Shown here: piece after piece, positions 7,915 through 17,388 of the stretch | Numbering within the stretch: the first letter of the stretch is position 1 | Layout of the letters: the number at the start of each line of letters is the position of its first letter | NCBI GenBank assembly: GCA_007125735.1 | Contig: SLCP01000201.1 | Span: 1 to 39,637, forward strand | Direction: 5' to 3' | Source: Coriobacteriia bacterium | Lineage (GTDB): Bacteria > Actinomycetota > Coriobacteriia > Anaerosomatales > SLCP01 | Length of the DNA stretch: 39,637 bases | Notes under the pieces: generated by a model | Database searches by the model: none | What the model saw: the letters and a program-made list of their open reading frames with translations, nothing else | What the model was told of the DNA's origin: nothing | Made by a program: the position numbers and the translations under genes

Positions 7915-9276
7915 CTACGACCGGCGCGACTTCGTGAAGTAGTAGACGCCGACGCCTACTACCGCGATCAGCACCACGATAATGGTGACGAGCAGCAGCG
8001 GGTCGAGGCCCTCGGCGACCTCATCGACCGGCTCGGCGGGACGCGCCTCTGCGTCCGCATCCTCGGCACTCGTGAACACCGTGCCCGATGCTTGGGTCAT
8101 GGTGGTCGTGGGGATGTCGACGCCAGCGGCTTCAGCCATCTCCTCGGGAGCGGACCGGTAGTAGAGGGTCGCACTCAGCTCGAGGGCCCCGTCGGGCATC
8201 GTGACGTCCCACATCTCCTCGACCGATTCGCGCGGCGGGATGCGATCGTCGCTCTCTACGCCCTCGGCGAACCAGATCTCGGCAGGATAGTTGCCGTCGG
8301 CATCGTGGAACACGGTGTGGAACTCGCGGCGCCCGACCTCGAACGACTCGCCGTCCGGCCCGGTGGCCACGAGCTCGACCCACATGCGCCGCACGTCGGT
8401 GAGCCCGGTGGGCAGGTAGTGGCCAGCGCCGACGTTGGTGATGCGGACGCCGACAGAGGTCCCCTCACCGGGAGCCACGACATCCGGAGCAATAACCTCC
8501 ATCTCGGCCGCAGCCTGGAGGCGCTCCTCGGCCAGCTCCGCGTCGCCGAGGCCCGCGTTGCCGCCGGCGAACGTCATGATGTAGACGTGCTCGCGCTCAG
8601 GCGCGCCCGCCGCGACCCTGCCCGGGTTAGGCTTGGTGACGCCAGGACCGGGAGTCATGTGACAGTCCTGACACGTGATGCCCTCATCGGCATACGGGCT
8701 GTTCAGCCACTCGGTGTAGGTGCCCTCGAGCACGAGGTCGTTGACCGGATGGATCACCTGGTGGCACGAGCCGCAGAACTCTGCGCTTGTGTGCACCTCG
8801 GAGAACTCGGTTGCGTGCACGGGCGAGAATGAGTCCGTGAGACCGCCCCGCTTCGTGCCGTCCGGCGTCCACTCGAGCGACACGTTGCCCACGGGCTCCG
8901 TGTGCCCGGTGATCTGGTGACAGACGTCGCATGTCACGCCCTCAAGAGCTGCAGGAGAGAAATCTCCCGGGTCGCGCCCGAGCTCGCCCCACATCGCCGC
9001 TGCCGGAGAGTGACACGTCTCGCAGAAGTCGCCGATGGCCCCGTCGGTCTCCTCGTTGCCCTTGGCGAGCTTGTACTGGTAGAGCGGGTCGGTGATCGCC
9101 TGGGAGTGCATCGTCCGCGCCCACTGGTCGCGGAACTCGCCGTGACACCCACACCCCGTAGAAGCTTCGAACGCTCCCGGAGGTGCTGGTGGAAGTTCGA
9201 TCGCAAACGCCGAGGCTGCGAACACCAACGTCGCGGCCCAGACGCTCGCGAGTACGATCGACCTCTTGATTCCCAT
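7915..9276 (-). CDS. Multihaem c-type cytochrome with a signal peptide and a C-terminal TM anchor
   Basis: Four canonical CxxCH sites (CETCH, CDVCH, CGSCH, CQDCH) plus one CGCH site. N-terminal MGIKRSIVLASVWAATLVFAASAFA looks like a signal peptide. C-terminal LLLVTIIVVLIAVVGVGVYYF followed by KSRRS looks like a stop-transfer anchor. I prefer the start at 9276 (AAAGGGG SD) over the ORF-track start at 9318. Confidence 0.85.
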   Translation of the reverse strand: MGIKRSIVLASVWAATLVFAASAFAIELPPAPPGAFEASTGCGCHGEFRDQWARTMHSQAITDPLYQYKLAKGNEETDGAIGDFCETCHSPAAAMWGELGRDPGDFSPAALEGVTCDVCHQITGHTEPVGNVSLEWTPDGTKRGGLTDSFSPVHATEFSEVHTSAEFCGSCHQVIHPVNDLVLEGTYTEWLNSPYADEGITCQDCHMTPGPGVTKPNPGRVAAGAPEREHVYIMTFAGGNAGLGDAELAEERLQAAAEMEVIAPDVVAPGEGTSVGVRITNVGAGHYLPTGLTDVRRMWVELVATGPDGESFEVGRREFHTVFHDADGNYPAEIWFAEGVESDDRIPPRESVEEMWDVTMPDGALELSATLYYRSAPEEMAEAAGVDIPTTTMTQASGTVFTSAEDADAEARPAEPVDEVAEGLDPLLLVTIIVVLIAVVGVGVYYFTKSRRS

Positions 9277-9496
9277 GAAGGCCCCTTTCGTCGGCGCCTG
9301 TCCAGGAGCGCCGCACAACCGGCTATCGTGTTCGTACCCATCCGGCTCGACAACACTTCTCGCATCGCCTCCGGTCTACGAACCGCTTCGATTATCGCAT
9401 GTCGAAGCGCGGCCCGCTGTGGGATATACACCCCGTATACAGAATCCCCCGATGGCCCGCTCTACACGTGCGGGTCGCACAGAGAGGAGCCGGACG

Positions 9497-10003
9497 ATGG
9501 TCGAGATGTACCGCTGCAAGGGATGCGGGTACCTGCACGTCGGCCCCGCGCCCGAGATCTGCCCGGTGTGCGGTGCGCCCCAGAGCATGTTCGTGCTGCA
9601 GGAGGAACTGCCCGACCTCGAGGGCACGGAGACGCTCGAGAACTTGAAGGCGGCGTTCGCCGGCGAGTCGCAGGCGAATCGGATGTACACTCTGTTCCGG
9701 CGGATCGCCGAGCTCGAAGGCGCCCCCCAGTCGACGCTCGACGCGTTCGACCGGGCCGCCCGCGAAGAGACCGCACATGCACTCGGCCACCTCGCCTACA
9801 TGGGCGGGTTCGGCGAGACCAAGGCGAATCTCGAGACCGCAGCGTCCGGAGAGGACTACGAGTGCCAGGACATGTACCCGTCGTTCGCAGAGACTGCCAA
9901 ACGCGAGGGGTTCGACCACATCGCGTTCTACTTCCGCTCGGTAGGCAAGTTCGAGAAGGAGCACCGTGAGGAGTACCGGAAGGCCCTCGAAGACCTCGGG
10001 TGA
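9497..10003 (+). CDS. rbr: Reverse rubrerythrin (N-terminal rubredoxin-like 4-Cys domain, C-terminal di-iron ferritin-like domain)
   Basis: CKGCG...CPVCG lies at the N-terminus, followed by E/ExxH ligand motifs (FAGESQAN, REETAHA, GEDYE, FEKEHREE). AGAGGAG SD at 9483-9489 before the ATG at 9497. Confidence 0.9.
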   Translation: MVEMYRCKGCGYLHVGPAPEICPVCGAPQSMFVLQEELPDLEGTETLENLKAAFAGESQANRMYTLFRRIAELEGAPQSTLDAFDRAAREETAHALGHLAYMGGFGETKANLETAASGEDYECQDMYPSFAETAKREGFDHIAFYFRSVGKFEKEHREEYRKALEDLG

Positions 10004-11081
10004 GACGGGCACGCACGCGCCGCCCGACGCGCCACTCGCCGCCTTCGACCGTGCCGCTCTCGAACGCTGGCTCGCCGCCGAGGGCGTCCCGTCGTACCGC
10101 GGCGGGCAGATCCTGCGCTGGGCCTACCAGCGGGGCGCTTCCTCGTACGAGCAGATGACCGACCTGCCGATCGCCCTGAGGGAGACGCTCGCGTCGCGGA
10201 TGCCGCTGCACCTCCCCGTGCTTGAAGAACGTCTCGTCTCGGCTCTCGACGGCACCCGCCGCTACCTCTGGCGACTCGCGGACGGCGTGACCGTCGAGAG
10301 CGTGGGACTTCCCGCGAACGACCGGCTGACCGTCTGCTTCTCCACGCAGGCGGGCTGTGCGATGGGGTGTGCGTTCTGCGCGACCGGCGAAGGCGGGTTC
10401 GTGCGAGACCTCGGCCCCGGCGAGATGGCTCAGCAGGTGATGCTCGTGGGGGCGGACTTCGGGCAGCGCGTCACCAACGCCGTCGCGATGGGCCAGGGCG
10501 AGCCACTCGCCTGCTACGAAGCGACCCTCGGAGGCTTGCGGCTCATGAACGACGCCGACGCCCTCGGCATCGGCGCGCGCCACCTCACCGTTTCGACGTG
10601 CGGCATCATCGCTGGCATCGAGCGCCTCACCGACGAGCCCGAGCAGTTCACGCTCGCCGTCTCGCTCCATTCCGCGCGGCAGGCTACGCGCGATGCGCTC
10701 GTCCCGGCGATGCGCAACCAGCCACTCCCCCGCCTGCGCGATGCCCTCGTACGCTACGCCGATTCGACCGGACGGCGTCCCAGCCTCGAGTACGCGCTCA
10801 TCGCCGGCGTCAACGATGCGGCTGACGAACTCAGTGCCCTCGTCGAGTTCTGCCGAGGACTGCTCTGCCACGTGAACCTGATCCCCGTGAATCCCTCGGA
10901 GGGCACCGCGTTCGAAAGTCCGGCCTCCGGTCGCGCCGAGGAGTTCGTCGCCGCGCTCGAGCACTCAGGAACCGAGGCGTCGATACGGAAAGCGCGCGGC
11001 GTCGACATCGATGCTGCTTGCGGCCAGCTCACCCAGCGGCATGCCCTGCGAACCGAAAGCGACGTCGACCGCCTGGTGTAA
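9966..11081 (+). CDS. rlmN: 23S rRNA/tRNA (adenine-C2)-methyltransferase RlmN, radical SAM
   Basis: CAMGCAFCATG (CxxxCxxC) radical-SAM motif and a C-terminal region with GVDIDAACGQL, as in RlmN/Cfr. The only in-frame start before the conserved N-terminus is the GTG at 9966, which overlaps rbr by 38 nt. Confidence 0.88.
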   Translation: MRSTGRPSKTSGETGTHAPPDAPLAAFDRAALERWLAAEGVPSYRGGQILRWAYQRGASSYEQMTDLPIALRETLASRMPLHLPVLEERLVSALDGTRRYLWRLADGVTVESVGLPANDRLTVCFSTQAGCAMGCAFCATGEGGFVRDLGPGEMAQQVMLVGADFGQRVTNAVAMGQGEPLACYEATLGGLRLMNDADALGIGARHLTVSTCGIIAGIERLTDEPEQFTLAVSLHSARQATRDALVPAMRNQPLPRLRDALVRYADSTGRRPSLEYALIAGVNDAADELSALVEFCRGLLCHVNLIPVNPSEGTAFESPASGRAEEFVAALEHSGTEASIRKARGVDIDAACGQLTQRHALRTESDVDRLV

Positions 11082-14000
11082 GGCTGCACGCCGAGCCACT
11101 CGCCGGACAGCCGCCGCACACGTCGTCGCGCCAGGCGGTCAGCGGCTGGTACGGCTCGGCACCGATGCGTTCCCAGATACCAAGGATCGTGCGTTCTATG
11201 CTCGGTTGATGGGTGGCATCGAAGTCGAATTCGATCACCTCGGGTGCGCCGTGCGAGTCGACGACCTCCGGCCGAACGAAGCGAACCGCCACCGATGTCA
11301 CACCTTCGCGCAGCGCCGCAAGCGCGTAGCACTCCGCCTGCAACCGGTAGCGCGCGGCGAGCTCGTCTTTGGTTCCCCCGGTGCCGCTCTTGTAGTCGAC
11401 GATAAGTGCGGACGTGCTGTCGCGGGCGTACACGTCGATCGAGCCCACCAGCACCGGTCCGGCCTTCTGCCCGATACGAATGGCGAACGGGTGCTCGATG
11501 CCGCAACGAGGGTAATCGCTCACGAGCCCTGCGATATCGGAGGCTCTATAGCACACGACCGCCTGTTCGAGCCGCGCGCGCTCCTCGGCGGCAAGGCCGA
11601 ACGCGTCAGCGATCGACTCCACCCAGCCATCCGGCACGTCACGTGACGGGGCGCCCGCGCGCTGAAGCGCCACATGGAGCGCCGAGCCGAACCGCATGGC
11701 ATCGTGCGAAGCGGGCTGCCTGACGCTTCCCATCCGCCCGATCCGCTCCGCCCAATACCGAAGCGTGCAGCGTTCGTAGAGGGCAAGATCGCTGTAGGAA
11801 ACGCGCCCGGGAGGCGCTGGTGCCCTGACCGCCGCGCCACCGGGCGCGCCCGGCTCGGACGGTAGCGGTTGAGAGCATATCGTCTGCGCCGATACGGTCG
11901 TGGCCTCGCCCTCAGCCTGAGCCGTGCAACCGGCCACGTCCCTCCGCACGTCAACCCGCACCTGCACATCAGCGAGTTCGACTCGGGACTCGCTCTCTCT
12001 CGCCAACGCATCGGCGAGCACCGTCCCGTGCGCCTCGACGAGCCAGCCAAGCGGCGTATTCCGCTGCGTGTCGCAGAGCTTGTCGATCTTCTCCGAGCCG
12101 ACGAGAACGAGCACGTCCTCGGCCCGGGTGCACGCCACGTACAAGAGGCGCTTGGCCTCCTCGCTCTGCAGGTCGACTCCGTCACGGTCGACCTCCTTGA
12201 ACAGCTGCGTCTTCGTCGCAGCCCGAGACTGTGCGTCCGAGCGAGGGACCCAGGAGGCTGGCAAGCGGACCGCGAGCCGAGGATTCCCACACGCATGCGA
12301 GAGGCGCCAGAAGCCGCGCTGCTCGCTGACCGCGCACCGGCCGAGACCGGGGACTGCGACGACTGGGCACTCGAGCCCTTTGGCGGCATGCACGCTCATG
12401 ACCGTCACCGATCCGCCGCTGGCCCCTTCGCTCGTCGCCGGGCTCTCGTATCGACCGGCGGCTCGTTCAGCGTCGAGCGCGGAGAGAAACGCTGCCGCCC
12501 CTGCCCCGCCCGCCCGCTCGAACTGTGCGGCTTTGTCGACGAACTTCATCACGTTGGCCCTCGCAAGCCTACCCTTGACCCCCTGCTGAGCCAGAACGAC
12601 GTCGTATCCAACCTCTCGGACTGCCATCATCACGGCTACCGCGACCCCGTCGTCGCCCGCGCGGCGGGTCGCTCGCTCGATACACTCCGCCAGGTGAGCG
12701 GCCCGCCCGCCGAGGCATCCCCCGACCGCATGTTGCGCCTCGCCCAGCAGCTCGAACAGCGGGCGCGTGCGAGGCGAATCGCCGCTACCGGCGATGGTCC
12801 ACACATCGGCCCCACTGAGTCCCCCCATCTCGGAGAGGAGCCACTGAAGCAGCGCCCGGTCGTCGTAGGGGTTCGCGATCACAGCACAGAGCGCCCGCAA
12901 GCCCGCGAACACCGGCAGCGTGTAGAAGCGGTTTCCTCCCACGACCGTCGTAGGGAGGCCGCGCTGCTCGAGCTCTTCCGCAAAGGGAGTCGCATCCTGA
13001 TACTGACGAAGGAGCACGACCATGTCAGCCGGCTCGAAACCGTGTTCGCGAAGCTCGGCGAAGCGGTCCGCCACGATCGAGGCTTCAGCGCGCAACCAAT
13101 CGCACCGCTTAGCGCCATCAGACGTGTCGACGAACGCGATCTCGATGCGCGGCTCGCTTTGCGGGACACGAGCGGGATCCGGCTCCGCGCGCGCTGCACG
13201 CAGCTGATTGTCACGCTCACCGAAGAGCGCCTCGGAACCGAACGTCTTGTTGACGAACGCGATGATGTCCGCGTGCGAGCGGTAGTTGTCGTTGAGGTCC
13301 ACAAGGGCCGCGCCCTCGGCCCGCATGTGCTCCCGATGCTCCCGATAGACCACGACGTCAGCTCCACGAAACGAGTAAATCGATTGGCGTGCGTCACCCA
13401 CCGTTGCGAGGTCGGGGGCTCCCACGGACTCGATGAGTGCCAGCTGAAGGGCGTCGGTGTCCTGGAATTCGTCGACCATCACTGCCTCGAAGCGTGCACG
13501 ATACGCCTCCGCGACGTCCGGACGGCGCGCGAACAATCGAGCCGTGAGCACGATCAGATCATCGAAATCGAGCACGCTCCGATCTCGTTTCGCCTCCTCA
13601 TAGCAGACGAGATAGCGCGCAGCGAGTGCGGCCAGACCGCTCGCGAGCGGCCTCGTCACGGCCGATGCGCTCGCGTCGATCAGTTTGGATCTCGTGGCGC
13701 GTACGCGCTCGACCACCTCTGCAATCGCCTTCGCCGTTCGGTTCTGGGCCCCATAGTCGACGAGGGCTCGCCACAGATGCTCGCCGACATCGTGGCTTGC
13801 CAGGGACTCGTCTATCTCGCCGACGCGAAAGGCGAGGTCCTCGCATGCACGCGCGTGGGACGCAGCAGTCTTGCTCGTCTCGGCATGGGCCGTCAGCTCG
13901 TCTGCTGCGCCCCGGAAGAACGCCTCGGCCTTGAGGCGCACCTCACTGACGTCCACCACGTCCTCGAAGTCGATGTCCGCCGGTGAGAGCCCTCGCGAAC

Positions 14001-14520
14001 GCAGGGCGGCAACGAGGCTCACAGTCGCTGCGCGCACGTCGCCATACCCGTAGACCTCCAGTAGGCGGACGAGGTCCGCGTCGTTGCGGTCGAGCGAGAC
14101 TTCGGTTGCGGACTCGAACGCTGCGTTCGTCAGCTCCGCGAGCGTGACGTCGTCTGCGACGGCGAACGCCGGATCGAGGCCCGCTGCAAGCGCCTCTCTA
14201 CGCAGCACGCGGGAGCAGAACGTGTGTATGGTCGATATCCAGGCGCCGTCGACCTCCCGCGCAGCACGGTCGAGCCCGTTCACTCTCAGCACACTTCGCA
14301 CTCGCTCCGCAAGCTCAGCTGCGGCCTTCGTGGTGTACGTGATGGTGAGCAGGGCGCCGACTCGGTCTGCTGCCTCCTCCGGCTCGACCTCGGCGACGAA
14401 CGCCGCGAACCTCTCCGCGAGCGTCCGGGTCTTGCCCGAACCAGCCCCGGCTGTGATGAGCAGCCGCCCCGACCGGTGCTCTACGGCGCTCATCTGGCCC
14501 GTGTTCAGTTCGGCTCCCAC
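11029..14520 (-). CDS. addA: Helicase-nuclease subunit A (AddA/AdnB-like): UvrD/PcrA-type motor plus C-terminal RecB-family nuclease
   Basis: Q-motif LNTGQMSAVEH and Walker A AGAGSGKTRTL. Nuclease motifs GSIDVY, IVDYKSG and QAECYALA. I chose the GTG at 14520 (GGGGAGG 10 nt upstream, 12 nt after the addB stop). The alternative ATG at 14568 would overlap addB by 64 nt. Confidence 0.85.
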   Translation of the reverse strand: MGAELNTGQMSAVEHRSGRLLITAGAGSGKTRTLAERFAAFVAEVEPEEAADRVGALLTITYTTKAAAELAERVRSVLRVNGLDRAAREVDGAWISTIHTFCSRVLRREALAAGLDPAFAVADDVTLAELTNAAFESATEVSLDRNDADLVRLLEVYGYGDVRAATVSLVAALRSRGLSPADIDFEDVVDVSEVRLKAEAFFRGAADELTAHAETSKTAASHARACEDLAFRVGEIDESLASHDVGEHLWRALVDYGAQNRTAKAIAEVVERVRATRSKLIDASASAVTRPLASGLAALAARYLVCYEEAKRDRSVLDFDDLIVLTARLFARRPDVAEAYRARFEAVMVDEFQDTDALQLALIESVGAPDLATVGDARQSIYSFRGADVVVYREHREHMRAEGAALVDLNDNYRSHADIIAFVNKTFGSEALFGERDNQLRAARAEPDPARVPQSEPRIEIAFVDTSDGAKRCDWLRAEASIVADRFAELREHGFEPADMVVLLRQYQDATPFAEELEQRGLPTTVVGGNRFYTLPVFAGLRALCAVIANPYDDRALLQWLLSEMGGLSGADVWTIAGSGDSPRTRPLFELLGEAQHAVGGCLGGRAAHLAECIERATRRAGDDGVAVAVMMAVREVGYDVVLAQQGVKGRLARANVMKFVDKAAQFERAGGAGAAAFLSALDAERAAGRYESPATSEGASGGSVTVMSVHAAKGLECPVVAVPGLGRCAVSEQRGFWRLSHACGNPRLAVRLPASWVPRSDAQSRAATKTQLFKEVDRDGVDLQSEEAKRLLYVACTRAEDVLVLVGSEKIDKLCDTQRNTPLGWLVEAHGTVLADALARESESRVELADVQVRVDVRRDVAGCTAQAEGEATTVSAQTICSQPLPSEPGAPGGAAVRAPAPPGRVSYSDLALYERCTLRYWAERIGRMGSVRQPASHDAMRFGSALHVALQRAGAPSRDVPDGWVESIADAFGLAAEERARLEQAVVCYRASDIAGLVSDYPRCGIEHPFAIRIGQKAGPVLVGSIDVYARDSTSALIVDYKSGTGGTKDELAARYRLQAECYALAALREGVTSVAVRFVRPEVVDSHGAPEVIEFDFDATHQPSIERTILGIWERIGAEPYQPLTAWRDDVCGGCPASGSACSLTPGGRRRFRFAGHAAG

Positions 14521-17339
14521 GAAGGTGTCGCCTCCCCGCACACTCCCGTTATCGGGCAATAGCGGCATGCTCTTTCACCCCGCGGAGCCGGGTCGACCTG
14601 GCCCGCTCGCATGCCGTGAACTGCCACCGCAACCCGGTCCTGCGCATCGTCGATCAGTGCGGAGAACGCGGACGGGTCGACGGAGTCGGTGGAGACGCCC
14701 TGCGCACCGAGGTCTGCAGAGGCTGCGACCCAGGCCCCTCGGACCTGGAGCGAAGCAATCGACCGATAGACCGCGCCGACCGCCTGGCGACCCAGATTCG
14801 TGGCCGCAGCCGCAGCGTAGACGGGGAGCTGTACAAGTCCGTCACCTGCGAAACGCCTGTGGCCGGCTATCGTGGAGCCGGACTTGTAGTCCATCACGAC
14901 CAGCGAATCCGAGCTCGTGTCGATACGGTCGATCTTGCCCGCGAGACGCACGCCACCGAACACGAACGGTCGGCCTGACGCCGCTCCGAACGCGAACTCG
15001 TGCTCGGCCGGCTCGAATCCCGGCAGGAACGTTGCGTCGTCCCGCACGAGCGCCCTTGCCCGCTCGTGTACGGCGGCCACGGCGAAGCGCTCCTCGAGAT
15101 TCTGCGGGTGCATGCGCGCATGCGCGCTCAAGCCCTCCTCGACTTGTGCAAGAACCTCGAGGGCCTCCTCGATCGTATCCGAGGTCACCCGTGCCCTCCC
15201 CCGCTTGCGCCACTCTTCGTAGAAGCCGGCAAGGAGGGTGTGCGCGTGCGATCCAAGCTCTGATGCTCCCAGCTGAGAGTCGGCATCGCGCGCTTTCACG
15301 CCGTACACGATGAGCCAACTGCGCGGACACGCAAGGTACGTTTCGATCTCCGTGACCGAGAACTCCTCCCGCTCGCGCTGCGCGCGGATGAGGTCGGCCC
15401 GAAACCGCTGTTCTTGCGCTGTGTCGCAATCGCTTCCCGCCACACATGGCGCGCTCGATACCCGAGCTGACGCAGGGACGTACTCATGTGCGGACTCGCG
15501 AGTCGGCGGCCTCAGGTTAGCGGGCCCCCTCCGTGGTGGCACTCCGCTCTCCCGTTCCGTTTCGGTCCGATACAGATCGAGAATCTCATCGACGAATGGA
15601 GACGGAACGTCGCCTTCGCTGCCTGACAGCGTGGACGGGTGCACGAGCACGAGGCGCGCACGGGCTCGGGTCACGACCGAGTAGAAGATCAGGCGCTCGA
15701 GAAGAGCCTCGTCTGGCGAAGCAAGCGCCCCCAGACGCTCCGCCAGGAACCGCGAAACGGAATGCGTCTTGACCGGGGAGAACTCACTCCTGGACAGACC
15801 CCCGATCACGACCGCGTCGAAACGCCTTCCCTGCAAGCGCTTGGCCTCCGTGACGACCACCGACTCGGGCGACGGAGCCGGAACCGGCCCGACCTTCGCT
15901 CCTCGGATCGCTTCAGTGACCTCCGCCGCGGTGACATCCGGTCGCCTCAGTTCGAGAGCGGAGGTGACCGCCTCGCACACCACCGAATGCGCAGCCAGGT
16001 CGAGTAGGCCCTCCTCGGTCCCCGGTGGGTGTTCAGCCCGTGCGGACGCGATCAATATGTCTGCCAGTTCTTGCCATCTATCGGCAGTCTGGACGGTTAG
16101 GGGATCGCGCACCAGTGAACGCGCGATCGCGACCGCTCGCGCAGCGGCTCCACCTAGAGCGGACACTGCATCGAGGAGCGTCTGGCCCTCTACGCGATCG
16201 CGTCGCCAACGCATGTCTGCTGCGGCAACGCTTGTAGGCTCCGAACCCGAGTACGGGGTCGCAAGGAAGGCCAGTAGCCGGCTCCGGTTCGCAGCCGATG
16301 CGCTCACACAATCGAGTAGCGCCAGTAAGGCTGCGCCGTACCCGCTTCGCGAAAACGGGATGAGGATGTCGAGGTGGATGTCTACCCCGGCGTGCTCGAC
16401 AAGCCTGTGTAACGCGTGATGCCTGCGGGACGGATCTCTGAACGCGACCGCGATGCGATCGGGCTGCATGCCGGCGGCGATCCACGAGCTGACAACGTCC
16501 CCGATCAGCTCTGCCTCTGCGACCTCGTCAGCCGCGGCGGCGAACGACACCGCCCCGGTCGCCTCGATCGCAGCCCCCGGTCGATACAACTGGCGCTCTA
16601 TGCTGGCGAGCTCCACCTCGGTGCCTGTGCCCTCAGACGCGACGACGTGACGTGCGCCTCCCTCTGTCAGCCGAGTCACGAGCGGCTCGGTCGCTTCTGT
16701 TGCGGGATGGCCATGTTCCCAGGTCAGGGCCACCGTGACGCTGTTTCGCCGAGCCAGCCCCGCGAGAAGCCTCTCCTGGATGCCGGACAGGGTGGTGAAT
16801 CTGTTGGCGACGACCGGACCGTCCAGCGTCGGGGCACCTTCTGCGAGCATCGCCGCCGCCCCGAGCGGCTCGATCATGCCTTGCTCCTCACACACGTCGG
16901 CATAGCGTGCGAGAAGGGTGGCGATCTCACGGTCCCCTCCCCCGCAGCGCGCGACCGAGGCCGCCACCTCGGGCTCGAGTTGGCTTGCTACGTCGCACAG
17001 CACGTCCCTGAAGCCGGCCTCAGTCGCTACCGCCGCGTGCTCTGTCAGCGCGGTCCCGTCGATCGCGCGCGCCATCAATACGCGCCGCTCGAGGTGTGCC
17101 ACAAGCGCCCGACCATCCCCATGAAGAAGCCACAGCTCGGCGAGCCACCGGTCGAACGCTGACACGCGGACACCCGCGATATCCTTGTCAGCGAATTCGG
17201 TCTCGACACGAACAGCGTCCGGAAAGGTGGGGACGACGACCGTCGGGCACTCCCCCGCGTCAACGGCGCGGACCACCGTCTCGTACAAGAATCGCGTCTT
17301 ACCCGAGTTGGCTCCGCCTGTCACGACCGTGAGATGCAT
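14505..17339 (-). CDS. addB: Helicase-nuclease subunit B (AddB/AdnA-like) with a C-terminal RecB-family nuclease and a 4-Cys (Fe-S type) signature
   Basis: N-terminal GGANSGKT. C-terminal GKIDRID, VVMDYKSGS and QLPVYAAAA. Cys pattern YLACPRSW...CRYCPITGVC (C-Xn-C-X2-C-X5-C). AAGGAGAGGA SD before the ATG at 17339. Confidence 0.85.
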   Translation of the reverse strand: MHLTVVTGGANSGKTRFLYETVVRAVDAGECPTVVVPTFPDAVRVETEFADKDIAGVRVSAFDRWLAELWLLHGDGRALVAHLERRVLMARAIDGTALTEHAAVATEAGFRDVLCDVASQLEPEVAASVARCGGGDREIATLLARYADVCEEQGMIEPLGAAAMLAEGAPTLDGPVVANRFTTLSGIQERLLAGLARRNSVTVALTWEHGHPATEATEPLVTRLTEGGARHVVASEGTGTEVELASIERQLYRPGAAIEATGAVSFAAAADEVAEAELIGDVVSSWIAAGMQPDRIAVAFRDPSRRHHALHRLVEHAGVDIHLDILIPFSRSGYGAALLALLDCVSASAANRSRLLAFLATPYSGSEPTSVAAADMRWRRDRVEGQTLLDAVSALGGAAARAVAIARSLVRDPLTVQTADRWQELADILIASARAEHPPGTEEGLLDLAAHSVVCEAVTSALELRRPDVTAAEVTEAIRGAKVGPVPAPSPESVVVTEAKRLQGRRFDAVVIGGLSRSEFSPVKTHSVSRFLAERLGALASPDEALLERLIFYSVVTRARARLVLVHPSTLSGSEGDVPSPFVDEILDLYRTETERESGVPPRRGPANLRPPTRESAHEYVPASARVSSAPCVAGSDCDTAQEQRFRADLIRAQREREEFSVTEIETYLACPRSWLIVYGVKARDADSQLGASELGSHAHTLLAGFYEEWRKRGRARVTSDTIEEALEVLAQVEEGLSAHARMHPQNLEERFAVAAVHERARALVRDDATFLPGFEPAEHEFAFGAASGRPFVFGGVRLAGKIDRIDTSSDSLVVMDYKSGSTIAGHRRFAGDGLVQLPVYAAAAATNLGRQAVGAVYRSIASLQVRGAWVAASADLGAQGVSTDSVDPSAFSALIDDAQDRVAVAVHGMRAGQVDPAPRGERACRYCPITGVCGEATPSWEPN

Positions 17340-17388
17340 GCCGTCCTCTCCTTCGATGACGGCATCGTCTCACGCAGCTCCGACATGC

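Noticed and set aside
9425-9442. TATAC-N5-GTATA inverted repeat and the recurring CCGTATAC[A/T]G string (also at 19411-19420 on the minus strand), as a possible shared operator.
   Set aside because: The arms are only 5 bp. Both occurrences are more simply explained as -10-like TATAC[A/T] promoter hexamers upstream of rbr and parA.
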